A stretch of 63,711 bases of DNA, filler included, from Octopus bimaculoides (taxonomy: Eukaryota), in NCBI RefSeq assembly GCF_001194135.2. It is 7 parts of 7 records of this genome, joined end to end, with 100 filler letters (N's around TTAATTAATTAA, not from the genome) between each part and the next. Parts side by side here need not be neighbours in the genome. Positions count along the whole stretch, not along the records: positions 1 to 16,112 come from NC_068991.1; positions 16,213 to 35,713 come from NC_068985.1; 5 more parts are not named here. One strand, given 5' to 3'. Positions 15,284-25,762 of the stretch are shown piece after piece. The stretch's first letter is position 1. Each line of letters begins with the position of its first letter. The translations under genes were made by a program, and so were the position numbers. The notes beneath the pieces were generated by a model. That model saw only the letters and a list, made by a program, of their open reading frames with translations. It was not told the origin of the DNA and did not search any database.

Positions 15284-16222
15284 CAAGTATATATATGTGT
15301 GTGTATCTATCTATTGGAGTACATTAGAATATATAGGAATATATGAGTTTTTTGGGGGGGTGGGGGATAAGGGTGCAAATTAGATTAGTAGTTATGCGGA
15401 GATGTAGATACATAACTTCATAGATATTCAGACATTGATTGAGATCGACAAAAGAGACACATACGTTTGTAAATATAACCGGATGCACACATACATAAAT
15501 ACATACACACGCACACACAGATATCGATATAGATATATACATTATTTAAAGATCTACAATACCTTAATATTAGAGGGCAGCATCTAACATCATTATGATA
15601 GCGATGATCATAATCATAAGAGAGGAAATTAAATGAGGAATGTTAAGATGTCGCCAAAATTACAAAATTCGAAAGTAAAACATGAAATAGAAATTTATCA
15701 AAGAAAACATGAAGGAAAGAGAAAATAAAAACTGGAACACATTTCAAGATTAAAAAAAAAAAAAATGTATATATTCCAATATGAAACATCGTTATGAGTT
15801 TCTCGGTAAAATCTGAAGTAAATTACGGTGTAATATCCTGCCTGTGAAATAAACGCAAAAGTAATCAAGATACACTGAACACCAAACGTAACTTCATTTA
15901 TCAGTCTGTACGACATTCAAATTCTTCTTCGTGTTTTTGTTGTTCGTTCTCAAACTCGCTTTTTTTAAAAGAACAAAACTCCGTCAATTCCAGATGGTTG
16001 TGTGATTATGTATGTTAGTGTATATAGATAGACATACGTAACCTCATACGCACACACACATGCATTAATACATACATACATGCATATATATATACATACA
16101 TACATATATATANNNNNNNNNNNNNNNNNNNNNNNNNNNNNNNNNNNNNNNNNNNNTTAATTAATTAANNNNNNNNNNNNNNNNNNNNNNNNNNNNNNNN
16201 NNNNNNNNNNNNATTATTATTA

Positions 16223-16260
<38 letters not shown>

Positions 16261-16408
16261 GTTCAGTAGTTTTATTTTTATAACGTGCTTTCACTTCACT
16301 ACCGAGCGCAGCTCTGTGCGCCTTGGGTATGTGCTGTGGTTTGCTGTGGTGCTCTTATGTTTACTGTATTGAAAGTTTTTTGCGTTATTATTATCATCAT
16401 CATCATCA

Positions 16409-16479
<71 letters not shown>

Positions 16480-17094
16480 GCTGTTCTTCATGTTGTTATT
16501 GTTGTTGTAGCAGTTATTACTATTATTATCGGCGTTGATACTGTTATTGTTGATGCTAGTGTATATTTCCATGTCATATGATTTATATCACATAACCAAC
16601 ATCTTTTTTCTTTTTTTGATGTTTATTGTTACTGCTCATTTTTTTTAACCACTTTTATTATATATTTATGCATTTACTTATTTTCATTCCTATTGACTTT
16701 TATTGTCACTGTTGTTGCTCCTGTTGTTCTTCTTCTGCTTCTTCTTCTCCTTCCCCTTCTTCCTCTTCGTCTTTTTTTCTTTCTCTGTTCGATATTGATT
16801 ACTCCTGTTCCTCCTTATTTCGTGTATTTTTTTTACTTTAATTTTATGAACTTTTTTTTTATTTTTTTATTTTTATTTCAAGTAAAATGTTTCCATCTTT
16901 TTGAAATATTGCTTTTGCATAAAATCACACATGCAACATGCAAGCCAAATCCTACAACAACAACTACTACTACTACTGCTGCTACTGCTGCTGCTGCTGC
17001 CACTACTACTACTAAATAATATACAAAGACATGTAACATGTTACACGCTAGTCACGCCAAGACAAACACTCATAGATATATGTATACATACCAG

Positions 17095-17132
<38 letters not shown>

Positions 17133-17497
17133 CATACTTACATATACACATATATATTAATATATATACATAAACACACACACACATATACACACACACA
17201 TAAATATATATGTATGTATGTATGTATATATACCTAGAAACATATCCATATACATATATATATAAACATGGATATACAAATATCTATGTATGTACAAACG
17301 TATGTATATATATGTATGTATAGATTTATGTATGTACGTACGTATGTATGCATGAATGTATGTATGTATGTATGTATGTATGTATACGTGTGTGTGAGTG
17401 CGGGCGTGTGTTTGCATAAGAGTATGTAATTCTATTACATTAAAATAAGTTGCTATATTTATATATTGTCAGAATGCTTGGGTGTGTGTGTGTGTGC

Positions 17498-17545
<48 letters not shown>

Positions 17546-17934
17546 TTATACGTTAGTGCTTATATAGTTATGTGTTTCTGTGCACACGTGTCTGTATAGT
17601 AAGTTTAGATACTCTTAAACCTGAATATATACGAGTACATAACAGTTCGGCGCTAGATTGTGTCGTAACGGTGTCTGTTTGGTGAAGAGTTTGCTTCCCA
17701 AGCGCGTGGTTACGAGTTCAAGTTCCACTATATCGCACTATGGGTAAGTGACTTCTGCTATAGCCTCGGTCAAACCAAAGCCTTGTGAGGGTTTTAGCAG
17801 ACGGAATCTGAAACAAGCCCGTCATATATATATATATATATCTTATGGGGTCGAGTAGTTTGAGTAAACCCCTTCAAGGCGGTGCCCCAGCATCGCCGCA
17901 GTCCAATGATTGAGATAAGTAGAAGATAAAAGAT

Positions 17935-18072
17935 GTACATTATTTACATTTGATAGATATTTGTCCTCATCCTGTTTGTTGTTAACACAACGTTTTGGCT
18001 GATATATCCTCCAACATTCATCAGGTGTCTTGGGGAAATTTCCTAAGGTGTTTTTCGATGTTGTTGTTGTTG

Positions 18073-18127
<55 letters not shown>

Positions 18128-18198
18128 TCACTGTCTGGAATCGAAGTCGGAATCTTGGGGTTAGTAGCCCGCGCTCTTAACCACTACGCCATATGCCC
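17935..18198 (-). mobile_element. tRNA-headed SINE family E (hammerhead-bearing), left copy
   Basis: Minus strand: GGGCATATGGCGTAGTGGTTAAGAGCGCGGGCTACTAACCCCAAGATTCCGACTTCGATTCC head (A box TGGCGTAGTGG), (AAT)n linker, HHR-like segment, TGTAAATAA tail. Confidence 0.8.
17984..18029 (-). ncRNA. Degenerate minimal type-I hammerhead ribozyme (likely inactive)
   Basis: GACAC-CTGATGA-A-TGTTG...CAGCC-AAAA-CGTT-GTGTT: perfect stem I, but GAAA is mutated to AAAA and stem II is damaged. Confidence 0.6.
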
Positions 18199-18200
18199 GT

Positions 18201-18480
18201 GGGCTACTAACCCCAAGATTCCGAGTTCAATTCCAGGCAGGGACCTGAATAATAATAATACTAATAATAATTATTATTATTATTATTATTATTTATAATA
18301 ATAATAATCATAATAATAATAATAATAATTACATCGAAAAATACCTTAGGACTGAAAAGTCAGGATCGAAATTTTCACAAGAAACCTGATGAAGGCTGGA
18401 GGGTATATCAGCCGAAACGTTGTGTTAACAACAAACAAGATGAGGACAAATATCTGTCAAATGTAAATAATGTAAATAAT
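18201..18480 (+). mobile_element. tRNA-headed SINE family E (hammerhead-bearing), right copy, 5'-truncated head
   Basis: Inverted homologue of 17935-18198; B box GAGTTCAATTCC present, A box missing. Confidence 0.8.
18381..18426 (+). ncRNA. Minimal type-I hammerhead ribozyme, PLE type
   Basis: CTGATGA 18386-92, extra A, stem II GGCTG/CAGCC, GAAA 18414-17, palindromic AACGTT stem III, GUU triplet, stem I GAAAC/GTGTT (1 mismatch). Confidence 0.7.
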
Positions 18481-18589
18481 ATGCATAATTCCTCATCTCT
18501 TAAAAATAAAGAAGATGGATATATATAGATATATACTCGAGGCACAAGGCCCGAAATCTTTGGAGAGGGGGCCAGTCGATTAGATCGCA

Positions 18590-18866
18590 ACGTCGTTAGG
18601 TCCGTTCCCGGTAGCGCGTTGTATCCTTGAGCAAGACACTTTATTTTTCATCGCTCCAGTCCACGCCGCTGGCAAAAACGAGTAGCACCTGACATTCAAG
18701 GGGCTAGCCTTGTCGCATTCTGTGCCACCCTGAATCTCCCTGCGAACTACAATAAAGGTACACGTGGGTGTAGAGCGCTCAGTCATTTGTACGTTAATTT
18801 CACGAGCATGTTGTTCCGTTGATTGAATCAAATAGAACCCGCGTCGTCGTAACCGACGGAGCGCCA
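18590..18866 (+). mobile_element. SINE family D, 5'-truncated
   Basis: GTATCCTTGAGCAAGACACTTT CORE-like motif; tail ACGTTAATTTCACGAGC...CGTCGTAACCGACGGAG. Confidence 0.8.
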
Positions 18867-19304
18867 ATTTATAGGTGTTGATGTTTTATCACATTCCATG
18901 TCGGTCGGTGAGACTCCCTCGCAAGAATTCTGTAATGTTTACTTAGTATAAATTCTTACTCATGAATATATTTTTTGATAGTTTTATGTATCTTTTCACT
19001 TTTTTTTAAAATTTGAAGTCTTTTTCATTATTATTATTATTATTTTCTAGATCAGAAGCTATCATTATTCTGAGTATATAAATTTTGTTTATTGAAATGC
19101 ATCTTATTCAGACATCGTAAACTATTCTCAAAAAAATTTGTTACATCCTGCTTACATTAATGCATCTATTTGTTGTACACAACTAACTACGATTCTTTAT
19201 TCTGCTGTACGTTTCTAACACGTTGTAATACACATACTTCCTATTACTTACCAAGTTTGATTTCTACATTTTGCATTTTTTTTTTTTTTTTGTAAAATTG
19301 ATTT

Positions 19305-19430
19305 TCAATATTTGACAGTGAATAATTCTTAGAAAATATTAAATTTGATTATTAATCGGTATCTTCTAAAATCAATAGGTTACGACCTTGCAACTGCGTA
19401 CGAATTCACGTCCATGTCTAATGTAAAATT
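19305..19430. repeat. Unclassified dispersed repeat, second copy at ~22748-22875
   Basis: CAATATTTGAC(A/C)GTGAATAATTCTT...AAATTTGATTATT(T)AATCGG...TTCTAAAA is present at both loci. Confidence 0.7.
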
Positions 19431-19732
19431 TCTACGAATAAAAAACAAAAGCATTCACCTCGGCACATTTAATCAACACTCACCAACTCCACACAGCAGC
19501 ATTAAACGACTCAGATTTACGCTTGGTTCACAGTTAGTCATNNNNNNNNNNNNNNNNNNNNNNNNNNNNNNNNNNNNNNNNNNNNNNNNNNNNNNNNNNN
19601 NNNNNNNNNNNNNNNNNNNNNNNNNNNNNNNNNNNNNNNNNNNNNNNNNNNNNNNNNNNNNNNNNNNNNNNNNNNNNNNNNNNNNNNNNNNNNNNNNNNN
19701 NNNNNNNNNNNNNNNNNNNNNNATGAACTGGC

Positions 19733-20060
19733 TTAATATACGTATGGTATATCGGAAGAAAGTAATTCAACAACACGGGTTGATGAACCGTAAGACGTGT
19801 GGCCAGAACCTCCTGGAAAATAACCATAGCGAGGGACATTCCACAGTTGAATTAGAACAGTCACAAACAGTGAAAGAAGACATGCACCCAACACCAGAGC
19901 TGAAGACACCTCCGAAAGGGGGTGGCCCCGCCACGTCAAAACGGTAGAGGAGTAGGGGCCGAAACCGGACGTGGTTCCGCCTGATGATGTCTTGAGCTAA
20001 CTGGATCCTATAAAGGAGCTGTTGTGGTAGCAGACCACGAAACATGGTTGAAATTCCTGT
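19733..20060 (+). mobile_element. Possible PLE 3' end/pLTR with two degenerate hammerhead-like cores
   Basis: Peptide QQHGLMNRKTCGQNL resembles the PLE C-terminal LMNRD-G motif; CTGAAGA...GAAACCGG and CTGATGA...GAAACATG follow. Confidence 0.35.
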
Positions 20061-20632
20061 AATCTGACTTAACTCAATAATTGCACATACCTATACGAAA
20101 CTTGGTGACTATACTGACTAAAAGTTAAATGCATATATTATATAAACTCAGTATGTGCAGTTAAACAGCATTAAACTTAAATAGTCATCTGTGTAACATA
20201 CTTAATGTTTCTTCAAAATTGACAGGTATTATGCTGTGGCCTTTGTCTGAAAGATCTCTTCATTGACATTCTGCGTTAAAGAAACAATATATTTTTGAGC
20301 GAGACGAATCTCACCTCAGCATTGGCTCAGTATTACCTGATGCATTTCGCCTTTCTTGAGGCTTATCAATATCTTTCCTCCATGTAATCACATACCTAGA
20401 CGAAATCTGTCACCTCCAATGTATAACTGAAAGGGAATGATACATTCACTGATACTGCAGAAAGGCTTGACGAGCTAAAATAAACTCGTGTCTGGCGTCC
20501 TAATAAGTCGCTCCTGGAACGCCGTTCATCTCGTTCTGATGTATACTATATATTGTGTTTTTCACTTAATATGTCTATGAAGAGATTTTCTCCGAGACAA
20601 AATGCACAGCATCGTGTCTGTCAATGGTATAT

Positions 20633-21045
20633 TCTTTTCTTTTCTTTTCTTTCACTTGTTTCAGTCATTTGACTGCGGCCATGCTGGAGCACCGCCTTTA
20701 GTCGAATCAAATCGACCCCAGGACTTATTCTTTGTAAGCCTAGTACTTATTCTATCGGTCTCTTTTTGCCGAACCGCTAAGTTACGGGGACCTAAACACA
20801 CCAGCATCGGTTGTCAAGCGATGTTCGGGGGGACAAACACAGATACACAACATATACACACATACATATATATACATATATACGATGGGTTTCTTTCAGT
20901 TTCCGTCTACCAAATCCACTCACAAGGCTTTGGTCGGCCCGAGGCTATAGTAGAAGACACTTGCCCAAGGTGCCACGCAGTGGGACTGAACCCGGAACCA
21001 TGTGGTTGGTAAGCAAGCTACTTACCAAACAGCCACTCTTGCGCC
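20633..21045 (-). mobile_element. SINE family A, full length
   Basis: Complete reverse-complement homologue of 27743-28148. Confidence 0.9.
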
Positions 21046-21076
<31 letters not shown>

Positions 21077-21900
21077 TAAGATTCATACACAGATAGCGCA
21101 CATACATAAGAGTCACTACATCTACACATACAGTTTGGTCTACTACCATGACTGTCTTACATCCAAACACTTATTTTTTACATACACCTGTTTATCGGAG
21201 CACAGACCAGTTCAGCAGTTTTGCTAGTCACAAGTTCGTAAACGTAGCATTTTTTTTTTTTTGTCGTCTCCCCACACAACTAGCCGTTACGCCAACCAAA
21301 ATGTTTTAGTTAATCAAATTATTCCCACTTTTTAACTGAAAGATATCGACACATCACACAACTTCTATTGTAATTCACAGTTGTTCACCAATATATCACA
21401 ACTGACATCAGACACAATAAAGAAGAACAGGAAAATTCTACTGCGAGCACATTCTCCCGTATTCATGTCATGTCATCGCTTTACATATTTCCGTTGCCAT
21501 CAATTTAGAACAAACAACAGAAAGTCCAAAAAAATGACAAAGAATTGTTCAAACTACAGAATTCGTCATCTTTGATTTTCCAGCAATTACCATTTTCTTC
21601 ATCGGCTAAATACATTTTGGGATGACATATTCATAGATCACCAACGCTGTCACCAACGCCGTAGAAAACGCCGTCGCCAACGACCTTGTCTGCCTCAAAA
21701 GCAATTTCGCTCAATTTTTGCCCGTTACTTTGTCTTGTCCGGGTTGTAAAGCAAAATGTGAATTGATACTGACATGGATATGATTTATTTGGATCAGTAT
21801 CAACCAAAACACTCGACCGTGGGCAAGTGACAGTGCCATATTGATTTTTAATCATTTTTGATTGGTTAAAAATAGTCAAATAAAAAAAATAATCAATATA

Positions 21901-22038
21901 GGCACAGGTGTTGCTGTGTGGTAAGAAGTTTGCTTCCCAACCACATGGTTTCCGGATTCAGTCCCATTGCAAGTATCTGTATCTTCTATTAAAGCCTCGT
22001 GTCGACTAAAACCTTGTGAGTGTGTGTTTGATAGGCGG

Positions 22039-22092
<54 letters not shown>

Positions 22093-22305
22093 TATTTTTG
22101 TCCCCCACCCACCCATGTGTCTGTGCTTGACAACCGATGTTGGTGTGTTTACGTCCCCGTAAATTAGCGGTTCGGAAAAAGATACCGATAGAATAAGTAC
22201 TAGGCTTACGAAGAATAAGTCCAGGGGTCGATTTCTTCGACTAAAAGGTGGTGCTCCAGCATGGCCACAGTCAAGTTGACTGAAACAAGCAAAAGAATAA
22301 AAGAA
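21901..22305 (+). mobile_element. SINE family A, near full length
   Basis: Head, internal (TG)n and AAAAGAAT tail. Confidence 0.88.
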
Positions 22306-23273
22306 TATACACTTCAGTTTGTTCTACACAGCTATAATTTTACTCTTTTTGGGGGGGGGGGAACTGGATCTCGAAGCACAAATACCGTAAGCTATAAATA
22401 ATAGCATATAAATATTGGATTGAAAACCCCTTTTGGATAGGAAAAAATTGAAGGTTACCCAAAGTTTTTTAACGCTATATTTACATTCTATTATTTATCG
22501 CTTCATGTAAATTCGAGATCCAATTTTGAAAAAGAATCATTTCAAGTCCCCTCAAAAGTTCATAAATTCTGACAATATCAAGTACACAACAATCGTACAT
22601 TGCTGATTGTATGTTATTGTATTCTGCCATAGATTTGGGCGCGGGTTGGGTGGGGTGTTATATTGTACCGTATTTTTACATCTATACGTTTCTTGACTTC
22701 AGATTGATTTCTGACTCACTGCTATTTTTCTTTATGAAATTGGTTCGCAATATTTGACCGTGAATAATTCTTGAAAAACATCAAATTTGATTATTTAATC
22801 GGCACCTTCTAAAAAAAAAATCAACAGGTTACAAACCTCGTAACTGTGCAGAAATTCGATTCCATACGTAACGTAAATGAACACATAAAAAAAAAACATA
22901 TTTGAGTTATTTCTATGTTGAAGCCAGTTTTTGTAAGGCATAGAAATAAGATAAATTCTACAACCAAAATAAAAGGAAACAAAAATAAGGTTTAGAGCCA
23001 CAATTTAATGATATACAACGAAACTATGATCATATTTCTTGTAGTGAGGCACTCATAAATACACAAGGATACGTCAGCGCAAAAGCCATAAAATGTCGAA
23101 TATACCGAGCTATACAGGGTACAGCAGAAAAACGTCCCTTATTTTATACTGCTATTGATGTGGCACTAGTGGAAGTGGGCAAATGGTAATATGATAAGGT
23201 CGTCTCTGCAGATTTTCTATAGAAATCGTTGCCAGCATTGATCTTGTTATGACGTTTCGTATCCGAGACGTCA

Positions 23274-23657
23274 GTGGAGGCGCAATGGCCCAGTGGTTAG
23301 GGCAGCGGACTCGCGGTCATAGAATCGCAGTTTCGATTCCCAGCCCGGGCGTTGTGAGTGTTTATTGAGCGAAAACACCTAGAGCTCTACGAGGCTCCGG
23401 CAGGGGATGGTGGCGAACCCTGCTGTACTCTTTCACCACAACTTTCTGTTACTTCCTGTTTCTGTTGCGCCTGTAATTCAAAGGGTCAGCCTTGTCACAC
23501 TGTGTCACGCTGAATATCCCCGAGAACTACGTTAAGGGTACACGTGTCTGTGGAGTGCTCAGCCACTTGGGCACGTTAATTTCATGAGCAGGCTGTTCCG
23601 TTGATCGGATCAACTGGAACCCTCGACGTCGTAAGCGACGGAGTGCCAGCAACAACA
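23274..23657 (+). mobile_element. tRNA-derived SINE family C, full length with 13-bp TSD
   Basis: A box TGGCCCAGTGG, B box GTTTCGATTCC, (CAA)n tail; ATCCGAGACGTCA at 23261-73 and 23658-70. Confidence 0.93.
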
Positions 23658-23728
23658 ATCCGAGACGTCAGATATAAACAATGAGATCGAAGATGAAAAA
23701 ATGGCAAACGAGTGTATATGTCATATTT

Positions 23729-23765
<37 letters not shown>

Positions 23766-24111
23766 CGGGTTTCCACAGTTTCTATCAACTAAATTTATTC
23801 GCAAGGTATTTGTTGGCCCGAGGCTAAAATAGAAATACTTACCCAAGGTGTCGTGCAGTTGAACGCAACCCGAGACCACGCGGTTACAAATCGAGGCTTT
23901 TAACTACACAGGTATACCTGCGCTTATGAATTACACTTACAATTAGAGCTGGAGCTGGCAAGTGACCAATTCCCAAGAGATCAATTGGAAATAATAGATT
24001 AACCAGACGTAGGTGGTTTACAATTCTATGTACATGGTGGATATGTGTCGAAGTAATCGCAACGTATGTAAACCAAGGGTCCGTTCATGACGTAATAACT
24101 CTGGGGTAAAT

Positions 24112-24326
24112 GCGGCGAGCTGGTAGAAACGTTAGCACGCTGGGCGTATTGCTTAGTGGTATTTCGTGTGTCTTTACGTTCTGAGTTCGAAACCTGCCGA
24201 GGTCGACTTTGCATTTCATCCTTTTGGGGTCGATAAAATAAGTACCACTTGCGTACTGGGGTCGATCTAATCGACTGGCCCCCTCCACAAAAATTTCAGG
24301 TCGTGTGCCTAGAGTAGAAAAAGAAT
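24112..24326 (+). mobile_element. SINE family B, full length
   Basis: GCGGCGAGCTGGTAGAAACGTTAGC...GGGGTCGATCTAATCGACTGGCCCCC...GCCTAGAGTAGAAAAAGAAT. Confidence 0.88.
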
Positions 24327-24387
24327 AACTTTGAGGTAGGTTAAATGGCGAGAATTTGTGTCCAATGGAGCGAATAATTAATACTCC

Positions 24388-24511
24388 GTATACGATTGGC
24401 CATATCACGTTGAATCCACTGGGTCTCATCCGATCACCAAAGTTAAGTAACGTCGAGTCTAGTTAATACTCAGATGGGTGACCGCTTGGGAAACCTAGGT
24501 GCTGTAAACAT
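24388..24511 (+). pseudogene. 5S rRNA-derived sequence, full length, with a 4-nt insertion near the 5' end
   Basis: GGCCATATCACGTTGAAT...CTCATCCGATCACCAAAGTTAAG...GATGGGTGACCGCTTGGGAA...GTGCTGTAAAC is colinear with metazoan 5S; no T4 terminator follows. Confidence 0.88.
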
Positions 24512-25650
24512 CTCACATTTGTAAGTATGCGGGTACTTTGAAAATACCTCACGGAGTGACGACTGTACCCTGTATAATTTCGGGCTGTCCTTTGGTAAGG
24601 CATGGCACACATTCAGCCACCCTGCCAGGGATACGGTGAAGTGACGGGACTGCAGCATGGTGGGTTGTGAAAAGGTAGCGGAAGAGCTCAACTGATCCAG
24701 CAGTGTTTCTTACATTGATGCTGTGCGGCGGAATCCTAGAAGATCAACGGTCAGTATCACCAAGCTCTATCAAGCGAGTAACTACTGCAACGCATCCATA
24801 AGTGTAACATCCGTGGTTGTGTAATCAACTAATGAAATATTTGCTGTCACTCAAGCTCCCAATTCAAATTCATAGTAATGGAATTGGGTGGCAACAGAGA
24901 GCCGAGAAAATCCATGAAAGCAGTGAAAAACAAAATTCAATCGTAAATCAGTGATAAGTGAATAATGGAAACAACGTTGAAAGCCTAAGAAGTGGTACGA
25001 AAGCTCAAAAGATCAAAAGAACGGACGATACCACTTTGTGCAAATGAATAATGAAAGACTGGAAACAAGGCCGACTTAGTAGCATTATATAGGCCCTTGG
25101 GCAAATCAAGCCTCAATATACATAAATCAGAAATAGACCTCTAGGCTCATTAGGTCCCGGGGCATCAGCCTAGTGCGCCCAAGCCTTAAGACGGCATCCA
25201 GATTGAAGGAGGGAGGGAGTATTGGCACTTTTGGGCAAGTGGTTTTACTACAGCCCTGGGCCGGCCAATGACTGTGAGAGAATTTGGCAGACAGTAGACG
25301 AGAATTGCATGGAGGAACTGAAGTCACTCAGGAGGAGAAATAAATCGTTCTTTGTTTTGAGTTGTCTCTGATGATGGTAGCGAGATTGTCATAGAACTCA
25401 ATTTTTACCTCTGACATAGAGGACAGGCTGAAACAAGACGAATTAGCGCAGCTGTTGAGACGCTGGCGAGTTCGTACTGCTAACTGGACGCTGAATCCGT
25501 TTTAACGACAGGACTTTGGGAACAGGAGGCAAACGCGCACGTAAAAAATACATACATGGATAGATAGACAGAAAAAAGAGAAGTGGAGAAAGAGAAAAAC
25601 TACAATTTATTTATTGAAACCGATCGACATACATTTTCACTAGCCACCAC

Positions 25651-25762
25651 ATACGATTGGCCATATCACGTTGAATCCACTGGATCTCATCCGATCACCG
25701 AAGTGAAGTAATGTCGAGTCTAGTTAATACACAGATGGGTGACCGCTTGGGAAACCTGGATG
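25651..25762 (+). pseudogene. 5S rRNA-derived sequence, 3'-truncated second copy
   Basis: Shares TACGATTGGCC insertion and other derived positions with the 24388 copy; diverges after GGGAAACCTGGATG. Confidence 0.85.

Noticed and set aside
16113-16212. TTAATTAATTAA flanked by 44 Ns each side (also 35758, 43450, 46172, 53266, 62432)
   Set aside because: Identical 100-bp gap placeholder with stops in all six frames; an assembly convention, not biology.
20200-20560. Possible minus-strand RTE C-terminal remnant (ITWRKDID)
   Set aside because: Too degenerate to call by eye.
21766-21806. 10-bp stem TTGATACTGA/TCAGTATCAA as pre-miRNA
   Set aside because: Stem too short and does not extend.
24388-25762. 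Functional 5S rDNA tandem array
   Set aside because: Insertion in helix I, many substitutions, no terminator, second copy truncated, different upstream flanks.
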